From: Mobula hypostoma
Taxonomy: Eukaryota
Length of the DNA stretch: 64,000 nucleotides
Assembly: GCF_963921235.1 (NCBI RefSeq)
Contig: NC_086097.1
Location: forward strand, 80,912,001 to 80,976,000
Direction of reading: 5' to 3'
Below are positions 1 through 13,530 of this stretch, one piece after another. Every line of letters starts with the position of its first letter. Within the stretch, counting starts at the first letter, position 1. The notes under the pieces were generated by a model that had not been told where the DNA came from, did no database searches, and saw only the letters and a list, made by a program, of their open reading frames with translations. Made by a program: the position numbers and the translations under genes.

Positions 1-660
1 TCTGGGCCTGTACTCCCCGGGGCTTAGTAGAATGAAAGGGTATCTGATTGAAACCTATTGAATATTGACAGACCTAGATAGAGGGTACAGTCTTAAAATA
101 GAGGGACATCCATTTAGAACAGAGAGGAGGAAAAACTTCTTTAGCCATAGAAGGTAAATCTCTGGAATTCATTGCCACAGACAGCTGTGCAACCAAGTCA
201 TTGGGTATATTTAAGGTGGAGGTCGATAGGTTCTTGATTAATCAGGACATCAAAGATTACGGGGAGAAAGCAGGAGGATGGGGTTGAGAAGGATAATAAA
301 TCCGACACGATGGGATGTTGGAGCAGACTTGATGGGCCGCATTACCTAATTACACTCCTTATGGTAATAAACCCTTCCCCAGGCAGGAAAGACCAGAGTT
401 GAGGGGCAAGGATTTAGGGTAGGAGGGGAAAGATTTAAAAGGGACCTGTGGAGCAAATTGACACAGAGCGGTGAGGACATGGAATGAATAACTATAGGAT
501 GTGGTTGAGGCAGTTACAATAGCATCATTAAAGAGGCACTTGGATAAGTACATGTGGGAGATAGGTTCAATGCAGGAAATTAGGACAAGCTGAGTGCACA
601 CCATGGTGGAATGGACTCTATGTTCTGAAGGAGCTGTATCCATGAGTATTGGTCTATGAC
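1..660 (+). mobile_element. Two adjacent CR1-type LINE 3' fragments
   Basis: Degenerate ORF2 C-terminus (LGLYSP..RMKGYLIETY*IL) followed by CR1-like 3' UTRs. Related to the CR1 tails at about 12200-12550 and 22610-22900. Confidence 0.75.
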
Positions 661-1785
661 TGTAACTATCAGCTCAATGAAAGATACCCTCGTCTGCCTG
701 AAACACAGTGGTCATCTAGAACCTGGTTATGCCTGACTTAAAGACTCCAAGTGAGTGCATCTAATCTCAGTTACCTATTGAAGCTGTATGCACTCACTGC
801 AATGGAGCACGACCACAGTTTAAGGGCCAACAAATAACTAGCTGGAGGAATTTACCAAGTCGATCAGTGTCTGTTTGGGGAAAGGGAACTGTGGACATTT
901 CAGGTTGAAACCCTGCATCAGATTCCAGCATCTGCTGTCTCGTGTCTACATTTCAAGACCCTCCTTTTAACGCACACTGTAATCAGTGTCAAAATTCAAG
1001 GGTTATATTTCAATGATGCTAAGCGCTTGGAATAACATGACTGTGTTGAAACCATTAACTTAATTAGTTTGTTTTCTGGACATCTGAAATGTTTATGAAC
1101 TACATTTTGAAATTAATTAGGTTTCATTAGTGCTGTGATTTCCTGCTCCTCCACAAGGGTCCTGCTGGCACAAGACCATTGGAAAGTTGTTGATGAGGAT
1201 CTGGACAGACATGGCACATTGCATGTTACTGTAAATGTTCATGACATTAATGTGCCAGATACACCAAGGAACTGGAATGAACACAGATCGTGAAACTTTC
1301 CCACTAATGCCTGAACAATATTGCTTCTCCGTTTCTTTGAAATTTGATTGCATCATTTAGAAAATTGTGGTGCACTGCAATTCAATTTCTAGGCCTACAT
1401 CCACCCAGTATATCATGATTGGGAAGAAGGTACCCTTTTTCCAACTTGTATTATTCCCCAATATCTTGATAAGAGTCAGAGCACTACCAACTACATTGTG
1501 TGTTGAAGCTCTCCAACAGAGTAGGATTATTAATTCCACACAATGTCATCAGTCGAACCTCATGGACATTTAAAGCCAGTTTACAATCCCAGTGAGTGGG
1601 AGAACAATTCAACTCGCGGTGAATTCTTCAGTGACAACAAAAGATACATAGAATGTCACAGAAGACTATATTACTGCAAACACTTGCCTTTCACAGGCCA
1701 GTTCTACCTGTGGAAAGTTTTCTTAAGACTTTGATTTTTCTTAAAATCCAAAAACAAAATCAAAGAAATGTTTGGACACCATAAC

Positions 1786-2275
1786 CACAAGAGGCTCTGC
1801 AGATGCTGGAAATCTTGAGCAACACAGAATTCTGAAGGAACTGTGCAAGTCAGGCAGCACCTATGGAGAGGAATAAACATTCAACTTTTTGGGTGAGACC
1901 CTTTATCAAGAAAAGAAAGGAAGAGGGTAGAAGCCAGAATAAGAAGGTGGGGGAGGAGAAGGTGTACAAGCTAATCTGTGATGGGCAAGACCAGGTGGAG
2001 GGGGAAGGGGGAATGAAGTAACAAACTGGAAGGGGATAGGTAGAAGAGGAATGGAAAAAGTGAGGAGGGAGGGCAGATAAATTACCTGAAGTTGATGAAA
2101 TCAATGTTAATGCCAGTAGTTACCCAGTCAGAACGTGAGATGTTGCTCCTGCAACCTGAGTTTGGCATCATCATGGCAGCAAAGGGGACCATGGACAGAC
2201 ATGTCAGAATGGGAATGGGAAGTTGAATTGAAATGGATGGCCACTGAGAAATCCTCTATTTTACGGCGGGTAGAG
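1786..2275 (-). mobile_element. Penelope-like element 3' fragment
   Basis: Has the family terminus (..tctgcagatgctggaaatc) and purine-rich tract, and runs into sequence matching the GIY-YIG end of the copy at 47606-48815. Confidence 0.75.
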
Positions 2276-3599
2276 TTTTCCTTTCATAATCTGATTACAT
2301 ACTGAATATCAAAGTTAAGACAGATTTTGGTGTTTTGCACAAGAACCTTCTTCAAATTTAACATAGTTAAATTTTCAGTTCTCTGCTTCCCACATGATGA
2401 TAGCCTCTGAAAACCACCAACCCAAGTGCATCAAGCACTTGCCACAGAAGCAGAAGGTACCCATGTTGGGAGGGACTCTGTCTGCTGACTTCCACCTGGT
2501 AGGTTATGCATAACCCTAGGTTTAATGGATCTCAGAGCTGTTCAAGCCATGCTGATCAGGTACGGAGCCTTTGGGTAGTAGCAGTTAAACAGGATAAGGA
2601 GCGATCTTGTGCACTCATTCACGTGTGCAGTTCTCCCTACGACATCAACGTGCTTTGAGTTCCTTTCACAAACGAAAGACATACTGGTAGAATAATTAGA
2701 AATTTCCCCTTAACATCACTGAATAATAAATGAATCAAAAAGTTAGTGAGCATGTTGCAGAGGACAAGTGTCAAGAAAATAAGAGGAGGTTGAATGGGCG
2801 AATGCTGGACTTGATGTGTAAAATGGATTCATTGTGTGTCATAATGTTTATACTTATGTTCAATGAATGTAGATAGGGTAGTGTCCTCTATTATCCGCTC
2901 TCTTCTCCCCACAACAACGTTGGTAGGCAGAGAGCCCTTGGTGGAGAAACCATTGCACCACTAGAACTAGTGTTGTGGAAGAAGCACTTGAGTGACATCA
3001 TCCAACAAGACTATGGATAAATAACTAAATGAATGCATATCCTCATCATCCTGGGCAGACATGTTAATATTTGATTCTGTCTTTATTGAAATCTCTGCTT
3101 ATGAAATATATATGTACCAGGCACAAACCATTCCACTCCGTAGCTCTGTGGGTGTACAGCGCACATAAAATGCTAATAAGAGCTCAGTGTTTTTACATCA
3201 TGGAGTTTAAGCTGTCATCCTGTATTTATTATGCCTCTGATGATTCAAGATATGGATTCTGAAGAGAATATCTCATGATTCTCTACTAATGCAGATTTCT
3301 TTTAATGATACATCAACTGTTTCACATCCATAAACCATCACGATTTGAATGCAAACAACCCCCTTTATATTATGCCACAAATCAACTGTGTTGTTGAAAA
3401 TTGCTGTCGCTTTTGAGGTGAATCTGAAAAATAACTTTCAATTACACACACACACTCACTCCACTTACATTAATACACAGAGCACATGGTTTGTTGGAAA
3501 GTAAACATACAGGCTAAGTTTATAAGGAACAATATTGTGAAAGCATGCACAATTTTTTTGTTTCAAAGCAAAAATAATCAGTGAATGCTGCAACAGAGC

Positions 3600-4086
3600 A
3601 CATCGTTTCTCAAGGCTGGGGTGTGTAGGCAAGGTGCTGCACAATGGAATTAGTCAGTGCCATCATGGGTACCAGCCTCCATAGTATCCAAGACATCTTC
3701 AAGGAGCCGTGTCCTAGGAAGGTGGCGTCCATCATTAAGGACCCCACCACCCAAGACATGCCCTCTTCTCATTGTTATCATTGGGAAGGAGGTTCAGAAG
3801 CCTGAAGGCACACACTCAGCGATTGAGGAAAAGCTTCTTCCCCTCTGCCATCTGATTTCTAAATGGACATTGAACCCATGAACACTACCTCACTACTTTT
3901 TTTATTTGTTACTTTTTAACTTAATTATTTATTTTATATATATATTATATATATATATATACTTACTGTAATTCAATTTTTTCTTTATACTTATTGATCA
4001 TGTATTTCATTGTACTGCTGCGGTAAAGTTAACAAATTTCATGACATATGCCAGTGATAATAAACCTGGTTCAGATTCAGATTCTG
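3600..4086 (+). mobile_element. Rex1/Babar-type LINE 3' fragment
   Basis: ASIIKDPPP..ALFSLL..GR-like ORF end. The tail aacaaatttcatgacatatgccagtgataataaacctg(attctg)n recurs at about 32570 and 52730. Confidence 0.7.
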
Positions 4087-6394
4087 AAGTAAGGGGCTTT
4101 ATCCAGTTAGTGCATTGAAACACCAGCTATAAACTTCTACCTACCTGTCCTTATGGCTCCTGTGGCTTGGTATCTATTTCTGACTGATTACATATCCATC
4201 AAGTGCCGTGGAATATTTTCCCTTGCTAGAAGCTATCAAATCAGTCTGAGCTGTTATAGCATTATAGGGCTGTGGATAGATGTCAAATTTAATACCTGCT
4301 CTTTATTTCTACTGCAAAGAACCACTGAAATGACAGGTGATAAATAGTATCCTGGACAATATACCAACTAATGCAATTATCAGAATAATTTTGTTTAATT
4401 CCAGTGTCTCCTTCATGGCAAACTTTTGTTAAAGTTCAATGCATAATTTAACTGCAATGTGATAGAGTCATGTGGCACAAGAAGAGACTGATTGCCTCCT
4501 TTTGCTTGTGTCTAGCATAGTTGGTGGAGATGTACAATGACCCACAGTGCCTAACAAGCTGTTCGAAGAGGTATACATGGGTCTGATTAAATTCTTTCTC
4601 AACCACAGATCCATACAGGATTTGTATTCCTTTTGCTCACTGCAGGAAAGTTGGACGGACATCAGCAAGGGACACTGAACATAACAAGTGATTGAGCAGT
4701 GCACTCTAATTGCTACAAGCATTCCAATAAGAGTTACTTATAGATGACAGACCAGAACAGTTATAGATTTGCAATGATGATAAAAATATATTAGAAGTCA
4801 ATCATGATGAACTGCCTCATTGGCTAGTGTATTGGAAATACAATTATTTTTACGTGGAGGTGAAAAGGTGCATTTATAGTAATACAATTTATCAACTGGA
4901 CAAATTACGCATAAATTAAGCACAGCTTTGATGGTTATTTAATTAAAAAGTCAAATGCCTCTTTTGGCATGGACAGACATATGAAGGGAGGGATATGGAC
5001 CATGTACAGGAAGATGGGACTTTGCCTGTGCTCTGTTGTTCTATGTTCCATGATATGTGCACATTCACCAGAGGGACTGAAGCAGCTCACCACCATCTTT
5101 TCAAGCCCATTGGGGATGGAAACTAATGCCGGCTTTGCTGGTGATGCTTGGATCCCAAAGAATTAATCAATAGAAACAAAAGTAAACTCATTAAATCCAA
5201 GAAACTGTCACTCCAGTTGCTGATCCAATCCTGACAATATTTTTTCTCCCTCCCTCTCTCTCTCTCTCTCTCATTATCAAAAGTTAACCAATGACAGTGT
5301 TTACATGAAGCATTTAGAAGTGAAATGGAGAATTACAATTCGCTCCTTCTGATCTCAACAGATATACATAGATACTCCGTAAATATTAAATCTTTTTGTG
5401 AGCTTACAGTACAAGAGTGCAACAGCCCTACATTTCTGGATTATACTGAAGCTTAAGCGTCCTGAAAAATACAGAATCTTCCCGGGAAAAATGGAATTAC
5501 CAAACATCAAGTGATCCTTGGCTGTTCTCCTGGCTGCTGCATACTTCACAGCAGTATCTCATTTTCCGTTCACTGAAGGAATCAATAAGGCTGCAGCAAA
5601 CCGGAAAATTATCTTTGTGTGTTTCTCTCCATACCTTCACTGTTACTTCCTGCTGAACTGACTCTCTTTTCAACTGGTCTGACGTCAGGTTCCTAACCAA
5701 ATGGTTCAACCACCACTCAACAGAAGGTGAATTTTTGTGAACTTAATCACAGCTATTCGACACCTCATCTCTTTTGGATACAAAAGTTAGATTGAGCCAG
5801 CAACCAGTAGAAATTCAGAAGTATCTTCATTAGGCCAGCATGTTTCCTTCACTGTTGCCACCTACCGCATAGCATCCATTCTATAGGCTCTGTGTAAAGC
5901 AGAGATGATGCAGTGTACAAACTGGAACAAAATAAAGACAAGACGACTTGACTTTATTTTCATAATATTCATAAACTCTGGTTGTACTGAAGTCATTTCG
6001 AGCCATGAGCCTACTTTGAATTGTTCAGCCACAACTTCCACCTGCTATTCACAGTTTTAACTTGTTGTTTTACTTCTTTTTCTTCTTTCTTGCTCAGTAA
6101 CCTGGCTCTTTATACTATTAACCAGGTGGCTCCATAAACAATGGAATCACCGCAAAACTACAGTTATACTTGATGTTCCCTATCTGTTCCACTTTTATTT
6201 TGTCTCCACTTTATACATTGCATCATCTTCAACCATTCTGCAACTTAAAGCCAACATGCTTCCCGATTTTCCCAGTTCTCATTAAGGCCCTGAACTCTGA
6301 AATGTGAACCATGCTTCACTCTCTACAGATAACCGCTGGCCTGTTGAATGTTCCCAGCATTTTCTAATTTTATTTCATTTACCTGTTAAATGTG

Positions 6395-6640
6395 GTCACT
6401 GCATATTGTACAAAGCACAGGAACAAACTTGCATCCAACAAACTCCCACAACCAGCAACTATAGGATGATGAGTATATAATTAGTTCTTTTATTGAAACT
6501 GATTCAAGGAGAAATATGGGCCAGGATCCTGGGGATAACTCACATGCCTTTCTTCAAAATCTTTTGGTGGATTCTTTTATCTTCAGCCAAGAACTGGTAT
6601 TATTCCAGTACCAGCAGTGTGCAGCAATCCTTGAACGTTA
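6395..6640 (-). mobile_element. DeuSINE-like (SacSINE1/AmnSINE1-type) fragment
   Basis: Degenerate match to the Deu domain (ctcccacaaccagc...ggccaggatcctggggataactc...ttcttcaaaat), recognised from memory. Confidence 0.55.
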
Positions 6641-6883
6641 GGGTGAGGAATGAAGAAATACGGATTGGAACCATTAACAAAAACATATGCATAATGATTT
6701 CGGAAAGATGATTTAGGGGAAGCATAGCCAAATTTTGCAGTGCTTGCTGGCATGAATTATCTTCTACCAATATGTGCAACCTTAGTTGAACCTTGAGTTT
6801 ATTGCCAATAGGCAAAAGGACACAAGTAACTCAAGATGCTTCTCTGCTATCACTCAGCTGTAAATCCAAAACTGAAGAAATCA

Positions 6884-7189
<306 letters not shown>

Positions 7190-8444
7190 TTAAACAAAGC
7201 AAAGCAGTGCAGATTTCCCTCCTCACACAGCAAGGTGAAATGCCTTTCATTATGTTCAATAAAATGTCATTATGAAAATAAAATGCCAATCTCAGGAGCA
7301 CTGGGGGACAAAGATTTACAGAGGGAAACATTAGGCAGGTGATCAACAATGAATAATTCTTAACTGTTCTGTAAAATTTAAGCATACAAAAAATGTAAGG
7401 AACAAGCCTTATAGTCCTCTGAGGCTGCAATTCCATTATGGGTGTATGCAGAGTATGTCATTCAATCACTAATCACATCAAGTAGATGTGTGCAGATGTA
7501 TTATGAAGGGGTTTAACATGCCCCTCCAAAGGAAACCAAATTTCAAATTCCACCCAGGTTTCTTCCATCAAGACCAATATATTCAATTTTACTTTCCTTC
7601 CCTGTTCCTTTACCCTCTGGTTCCCTTGCTGTGCAAAGTATTCCGGAATTGAATGAATAAAATTTAGGAGAAGAGAAAGAGGTGGAAAAGTTTGAACAGC
7701 AAACTGCAAACTTCATTTCCACAGCAGCTCAAGGCTGAACCAGCAATAATGGATCTGACAGAACTCAGTATATACAAGAGGCAAGAATTGGAGGAAAGCA
7801 CAATTCTCAAAGGGTCAGAGGTCTGGACAAAGTTAGATGAAGAGGAAGGGTTGAGATTTGAATGAGAGCAAAAGGTTCTGCACATTTTATTCTTTACACT
7901 TAAACAAATCAGTCAAAACCTTTCATTGTTAAAATAAACTACATTGGAGATACAGTAGCACAGAGGTACCTGAAACCAGTTAGAAAAATGGTATTTTTAT
8001 ATATATAGCATTAGCTCAAAGCTACAGGTCTGGGTCTGGTTGCAGAAAGTAAGTGAGTGCTAGATTTAATATATGATACATAGACATATATATAACTTGA
8101 ATCCTTCAATATTGCACAATTCACTTTCTTTCTGTTATGCAACTCTCACTGAAGTGGAAGCTGAGTAGCCAGGAAGGGGCTACTTCCAGTATTTTATAGA
8201 ATACTTCTCAATGTTATATTATGGATAAAAACTGTTTTATTACAGATATTGCTTGAAATATTAACAATTCGACATACAACCAAAAAAATCATCAAGAGTA
8301 AAGAAATAGAGAATTTAAAAAGGTGCTTTATTTTTCTCAAATTAGTCAATTCATGAGGATAAAATTAGCATGGATTGAACATAAGGAAGCAAATGACACT
8401 ATTTGATGACTTTATTAACAGAGATGCTGTTGGTGACACCACAA

Positions 8445-8987
8445 ACACTAGCAATCCTGCAGATGCTGGAAATCCAAAGCGACACTCACAAAATGCTGGA
8501 GGAACTCAGCAGGTCGGGCAACATCTATGGAGAAGAATAAACAGTCGGTGTTCTGGGCCCTGACCCCTTTTCAGGAGTGTGAAAGATGAGGCCACCCTCA
8601 GGGTGGAGGAGCAACACTTTATATTCCATCTTGGTACCCTCCAGCCTGATGGTGAGAGTATCACCCAAATTCCTCTCCCTCACCGTCCCATTCTACACTT
8701 TGACCTTTCACTTCTCACTGCTGCATTACCTCCCCTTGGGCCTCCTCCTTCTTCCCTTTTTCCTATGATCTACTTTCCTCTCCTATCAGATTCTTTCTTC
8801 TCCAGCCCTTGACCTTTTCAACCCACCTGACTTCACTTATCACCTTCCAGCTAGCCTCTTTCCCCTCCTCCATCTTTTTATTTTGGCATCTTCCCCCTTC
8901 CTTCTCAGATCCGAAGAAATGCCTCGGCCCAAAACATCGACTGTTCATTCTTTCCCATCGATTTTACCTGACCTGCTGAGCTCCTGA
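8445..8987. mobile_element. Penelope-like insertion with inverted arms
   Basis: Minus-strand terminus at 8445-8580 joined to a plus-strand GIY-YIG end (DEATLRVEEQHFIFHLGTLQPDG) and terminus. Flanked by the direct repeat gtgacaccacaa (8433-8444, 8988-8999). Confidence 0.85.
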
Positions 8988-11377
8988 GTGACACCACAAG
9001 CCCAAACAAGCAAAATATTAAGTAAATTGAAATATTTGGAAGAATAAAGCTATTCAGACTTAAATAAACCAATGAATAAAGTAAAAACTCAATTCATAAA
9101 ATCAAAATGAAACGGCACTCACCTTAAGGGCTTGATTTTTCCACGTATTTGATTTTTAAAATAGTTTACCCCAAAACTAAAAATTCCTGATTCTCAAATG
9201 GAGGAATTCTCCAATGCTTGGCAATGGAATTAATGCTCATGGAGTTATTGAGGGGAAGGGTAAAATGTGTCATTTTATCTTCCATTGATGGTATACAGAA
9301 CCTGGTTTTCCAATCCACTGAAGTCATTAGATTATAACAGTTAGCCACCAAATTATTAGTTTTATACCAGAATATATTTCATTAAATGGTTTTCCATTTA
9401 TCATTCACCTTAAGTCTGTTCCTGAGGTCAATTCCAACAGATTTTAAACATTTCTATCATTAAAAGTAGCAAATCCCTCTTCTTGCTAACCTTGAGTAAT
9501 GCTACATGTGTCATTAACAAATAAAGATAGGTCCTATGTCTCTAAAGCAGAGAGTAAATTCAGTTTGTTGCCATTGGATTAATTATCCTCCAACCTCTTC
9601 CTCTGCTTGACCTGAAAAATACACTGGCCTTGTCTCCTCACATACATTAAAGGAAGTCATGGATCTCCTTTTACACAGTTACTCCAAAAGAATAACAAAC
9701 TTTTCAGTTCACTTTCTATTAGTCTTTCACTTGTCAAAATGTGTTGATACAACAAGACAGAGTTTAACTAACTCAGCTATAGAACATCAGTGACATTAGG
9801 TTACATGTCACTGTACCCGCATAAATTACCATGCACAACAGCACCGATCTGGTTAGATCGGGCTTCAAGAGGAAATGTCTGATATTCTGTTGGTATGTTT
9901 CTTGGTGAACAGTGAAATGAATAAAACCATGGACACAAAAGTTATTTCATTTATGGAGCCGGATTAGAAGGAACAACTTCTGGGCTCAACAAACACTGCA
10001 TTGGATCATTTTGTATAAATGTTCTCATACATTTCTTTTCAAGGAAACAACTGATGCTTTTACAAACACAGAAAGAGGAGCACTATTAAACAATAGTTTA
10101 AAAAGGCATTCTGTACACTTATTTATTGAACTTCTGACAACAATAAAACTTGCATATATATAGTAGTTTACCAAGCCTCAGGGTATTAAAGATCTAGTGA
10201 TCATAATTCTAGAAGTTTCAAGATAACTATGGAGAAGGAGAGGACTTGTTGAGATTCTGTATTGGAGAATGGTCAATTTTGATGGCATCAGAAAAAATCT
10301 GCTAGACGTAGATGCAAAAGGATAGCTAGGGACAAAATGCATTCGCTTGAACATTAGTGTAGTCATCTAGCATTGGAGCTGAAACAAATGGAGAATATCT
10401 TAAAATCTTTTTTGCATCTGTATTTACTTGGGAAATGGACAGAGAAACTATAGAACTGAAGCAAAACAGTAGTGAGGTCATGACTGTATCCAGATTACAA
10501 AAGAGAAAGTGCTTCCTCTTTTGAGGCAAATTATGATGGATAGGTCCCTAGGACCTGACAAAGTGTTCCCTCAGACCATGTTGGAGGCTAGGACAGAAAT
10601 TGCAGGGACCCTTACAGTCCTTAGCCATGGATGAGGAGCTGGAGGACTAGAGGATAGCTAATGTTGTTTTGTTTTTCAAGAAAGACTCCAACAAAAATCT
10701 GGGAATTTATAGGGCAGTGAGCCTAATGTCAGTAAGTGGGTGAATTACTGGAAAGTATTCTAAGGGACAAGATATGTAAATATCTTGATAGACGCAGCCT
10801 AATTAAGGATAGTCAACATGGTTTTATGTATGGTAGGTGACGCCTAACAAAACTTAGAGCTTTTTGAGGAGGTCACCAGGAAAGTTGATGAAGGAAATCC
10901 TGTGGAAGTTGTCTACATGGATTTTAGCAAGGCCTTTGACAAGGTTCTACATGGCAAGCTGGTCAAGAAGGTTCAGTTGCTTGGCATTCAGGATGAAGTG
11001 GTAAATTAGACTCAATATTGGTCTAGCAAGAAAAGGTAGTAGATGACTCTCCCTGACTGGAGTCCTGTGACTAATGATGTGCCACAGGGATCGGTGCTGG
11101 GTCCATTGTTGTTTGTCATCAATATCAATGATTTGGATAATAACATGGTAAACTGGATCAGCAAATTTGTGGATGACACCCAGACTGGGGGACAGCAATG
11201 AAGGCCATCAAAGCTTGCAACAGGATTTGGACTAGCTGGAAAAATGAGCTGAAAAATAACAGATGGGATTTAATGCAGACAAGTGAGAGGTGTGGCACTT
11301 TTGGAGAATGAACCAGGATAGAATATAACATATACAATGAACAATAGGGCACATTTATCACATCCCCTGCATTCCAG

Positions 11378-11686
11378 TTGGCACGTGGCCAAGTGGATAA
11401 GGCGTTTGTCTAGCGATCTGAAGGTTGCTAGTTTGAGCCTTGGCTGAGGCAGCGTGTTGTGTCCTTGAGCAAGGCACTTAACTACACATTGCTCTGCGAC
11501 GACACTGGTGCCAAGCTGTATGGGTCCTAATGCTGTTGTCCTTTGGACAACATCGGTGGCATGGAGGGGGGAGACTTGCAGCATGGGCAACTGCCGGTCT
11601 TCCATACAACCTTGCCCAGGCCTGCGGCCTGGAGACCTTCCAAGGTGCAAATCCATGGTCTCACGAGACTAACAGATGCCTATAAA
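11378..11686 (+). mobile_element. tRNA-derived SINE
   Basis: A-box TGGCCAAGTGG and B-box-like GTTTGAGCC. 8-bp TSD cattccag (11370-11377, 11687-11694). A second copy lies at 17963-18262. Confidence 0.88.
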
Positions 11687-11807
11687 CATTCCAGGGCAAA
11701 ACATCCTAGGGGTGTGGTGGAACAAAGGGATCTGGGAATACAGATCCATAATTTCTTGAAAGTGAAGTCACAGTTGATGGGGTCATAAGGAGAACTTAGG
11801 GCACATT

Positions 11808-11991
11808 TTGTTGTTGTTCAGTCAAGTCCGACTCTTCATGACCTCATGGACCATAGGGTTTTCATGGCAAGATATGGAAGTAGATTGGCAGGCCTTTCTT
11901 CCGCGCAGATACTGCTGCTGCCCAGGTTCAACTCAGACCATCCGCCTTGAAGTCCAGTGCTGATGCCACTACACCACCAACTGGACCTATC
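11808..11991 (-). mobile_element. tRNA-derived SINE with RTE/Bov-B-like 3' tail
   Basis: Minus-strand head ggtggtgtagtgg (A-box) ...gagttgaacc. Tail ...ccatgaggtcatgaagagtcggacttgactgaa(caa)n. TSD gcacatt/gcacctt. Confidence 0.75.
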
Positions 11992-12569
11992 GCACCTTGG
12001 CCTTCATAAATCAGAGTATTGAGTACAGGAATTAGGATTTTTTGTTAAAGTTGTATAAGACTTTGGTGAAATCACATTAGGAGTACTGCGTGCAGTTCTG
12101 GTCACATACCTACAGGAAATACATCAATAATATTGAAAGAGGACAAAGAAAATTTACAAGGATGTTGCCTGGACTTGAGGACCTGAATTATAGGAAATAG
12201 TTGAATAGGTTAGGATGTTTTGCCCTGGAGTGTAGGAGATGTGATAGAAGTATACAGAATTATGAAGGGTATAGATAGGATAAATGCAAGTAGACTTTTT
12301 CCACTGAGGTTGGCCAAGACTAGAACTAGAGGTCATAGGTTAAGGGTGAAAAGTGGAATCAAGCCTGGTGCGAGTGTGAAACGAGCTGGCGGTGACAGTG
12401 GTGGACATGAGTTAGATTGCAATATTTAAGAGGTTTGGATAAGTGCTTGGATGGGAGGAGAATGGTGCACACACAAGTTGATGGGATTCACAATAATAGT
12501 TTAGTACGGACCAGATGGGTTGAAGTTCCTGTGCTGTAGTAGTCTATGTCTCTAAAGAGCTTAATAGCT

Positions 12570-12950
12570 AGTGAAGCACTTTTGAAATCTAAATATCTAT
12601 ATGATTGGCATAATAAATGCAAAGTGGCAGCCAATTTTTGCACAGCAAATATCCACTAAAATTAACCCGGTAATGATGGTAGCATCTGACATATTTTCTT
12701 AGGAAAAAAATAGGCTGAGGAATAAATATTGGCCAGAATAACTGCACATTTCTTCAAAATTGTGTTGTGGGATCACAGGCCACTTGAAAGAGTAAATGAG
12801 GTATAAAAATTCCGATCTGAAAGCCAGCGCCTCTGATAATGCATTCTTCTAAGCATTACACTGGAGCATCAGTGAAAGTTAGTTGATTGAAATCCCTTGA
12901 TTCCAGTTGACCTCATGTTTCTGACCTAAGCAAAAGGGGATACCATTGAT
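12570..12950 (-). mobile_element. DeuSINE-like element
   Basis: gcagccaatttttgcacagcaa...gaggaataaatattggccag...ttcttcaaaattgtgttgtgggatc...tctgaaagccagcgcctctgataatgca matches the Deu-domain SINE layout. Confidence 0.7.
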
Positions 12951-13343
12951 CCAAGCAAGTTCAAATACTGCTTTCAGAAACAGTGCACATGATTTCATTT
13001 TCTCATAAAGGGGCTCTCCGGGTCATGAATAACCTGACTTACAGAAAACTGAATCTATATAAACCTTCCCATATATTTTAAAAACATTTTTCCAAGGGAA
13101 AACTAATAATGAAATGCTTCATGGTATTCACTAATATCTGAATACAGTATATATTCTAAAAATTTGATGAAAGGTATGACTAGGAGATTTGGGTATATGA
13201 TATGAGTTACAACAGAAAACATGTTTCTGATTTACGGTGAAATTGGGTTATGGACAGCTCTTAGGAACAATATGTTTACATAAGCAAAGTAGTGTCTTTA
13301 CTTCCTTATGACAAAGGAGGAGGCCAATCCATCTATTTTGTGT

Positions 13344-13530
13344 AACACACATCAAAGTTGCTGATGAACGCAGCAGGCTAGGCAGCATCTCTAGGAAGAG
13401 GTACAGTTGACATTTCGGGCCGAGACGTTGACTGTACCTCTTCCTAGAGATGCTGCCTGGCTTGCTGCATTCACCAGCAATTTTGATGTGTTGCTTGAAT
13501 TTCCAGCATCTGCAGAATTCCTCATGTTTA
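13344..13530. mobile_element. Penelope-like terminal fold-back (near-perfect palindrome)
   Basis: Arms about 13347-13418 and 13420-13491 are reverse complements. Perfect 14-bp TSD catctattttgtgt (13330-13343, 13531-13544). Confidence 0.88.

Larger units (their letters stand above)
10190..12552 (+). mobile_element. Degenerate CR1 LINE ORF2 (RT) and 3' UTR, interrupted by two SINEs
   Basis: Motifs VYMDFSKAFDKV, VPQGSVLGPLLF and ISKFVDDT, with many stops and frameshifts. Confidence 0.92.

Noticed and set aside
1090..1735. Cluster of short ORFs in non-repeat sequence downstream of the FUT8 exon
   Set aside because: No similarity to the next FUT8 exon or to any protein I recognise.
7752..7766. 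gatctgacagaactc encodes DLTEL, as in the preceding FUT8 exon
   Set aside because: Wrong strand, no flanking similarity and no matching splice sites; chance match.
11380..11452. tRNA-like sequence (also at about 11930-11990, 18195-18262 and 37540-37600)
   Set aside because: These are SINE heads followed by body and tail, most with TSDs; no intact cloverleaf.
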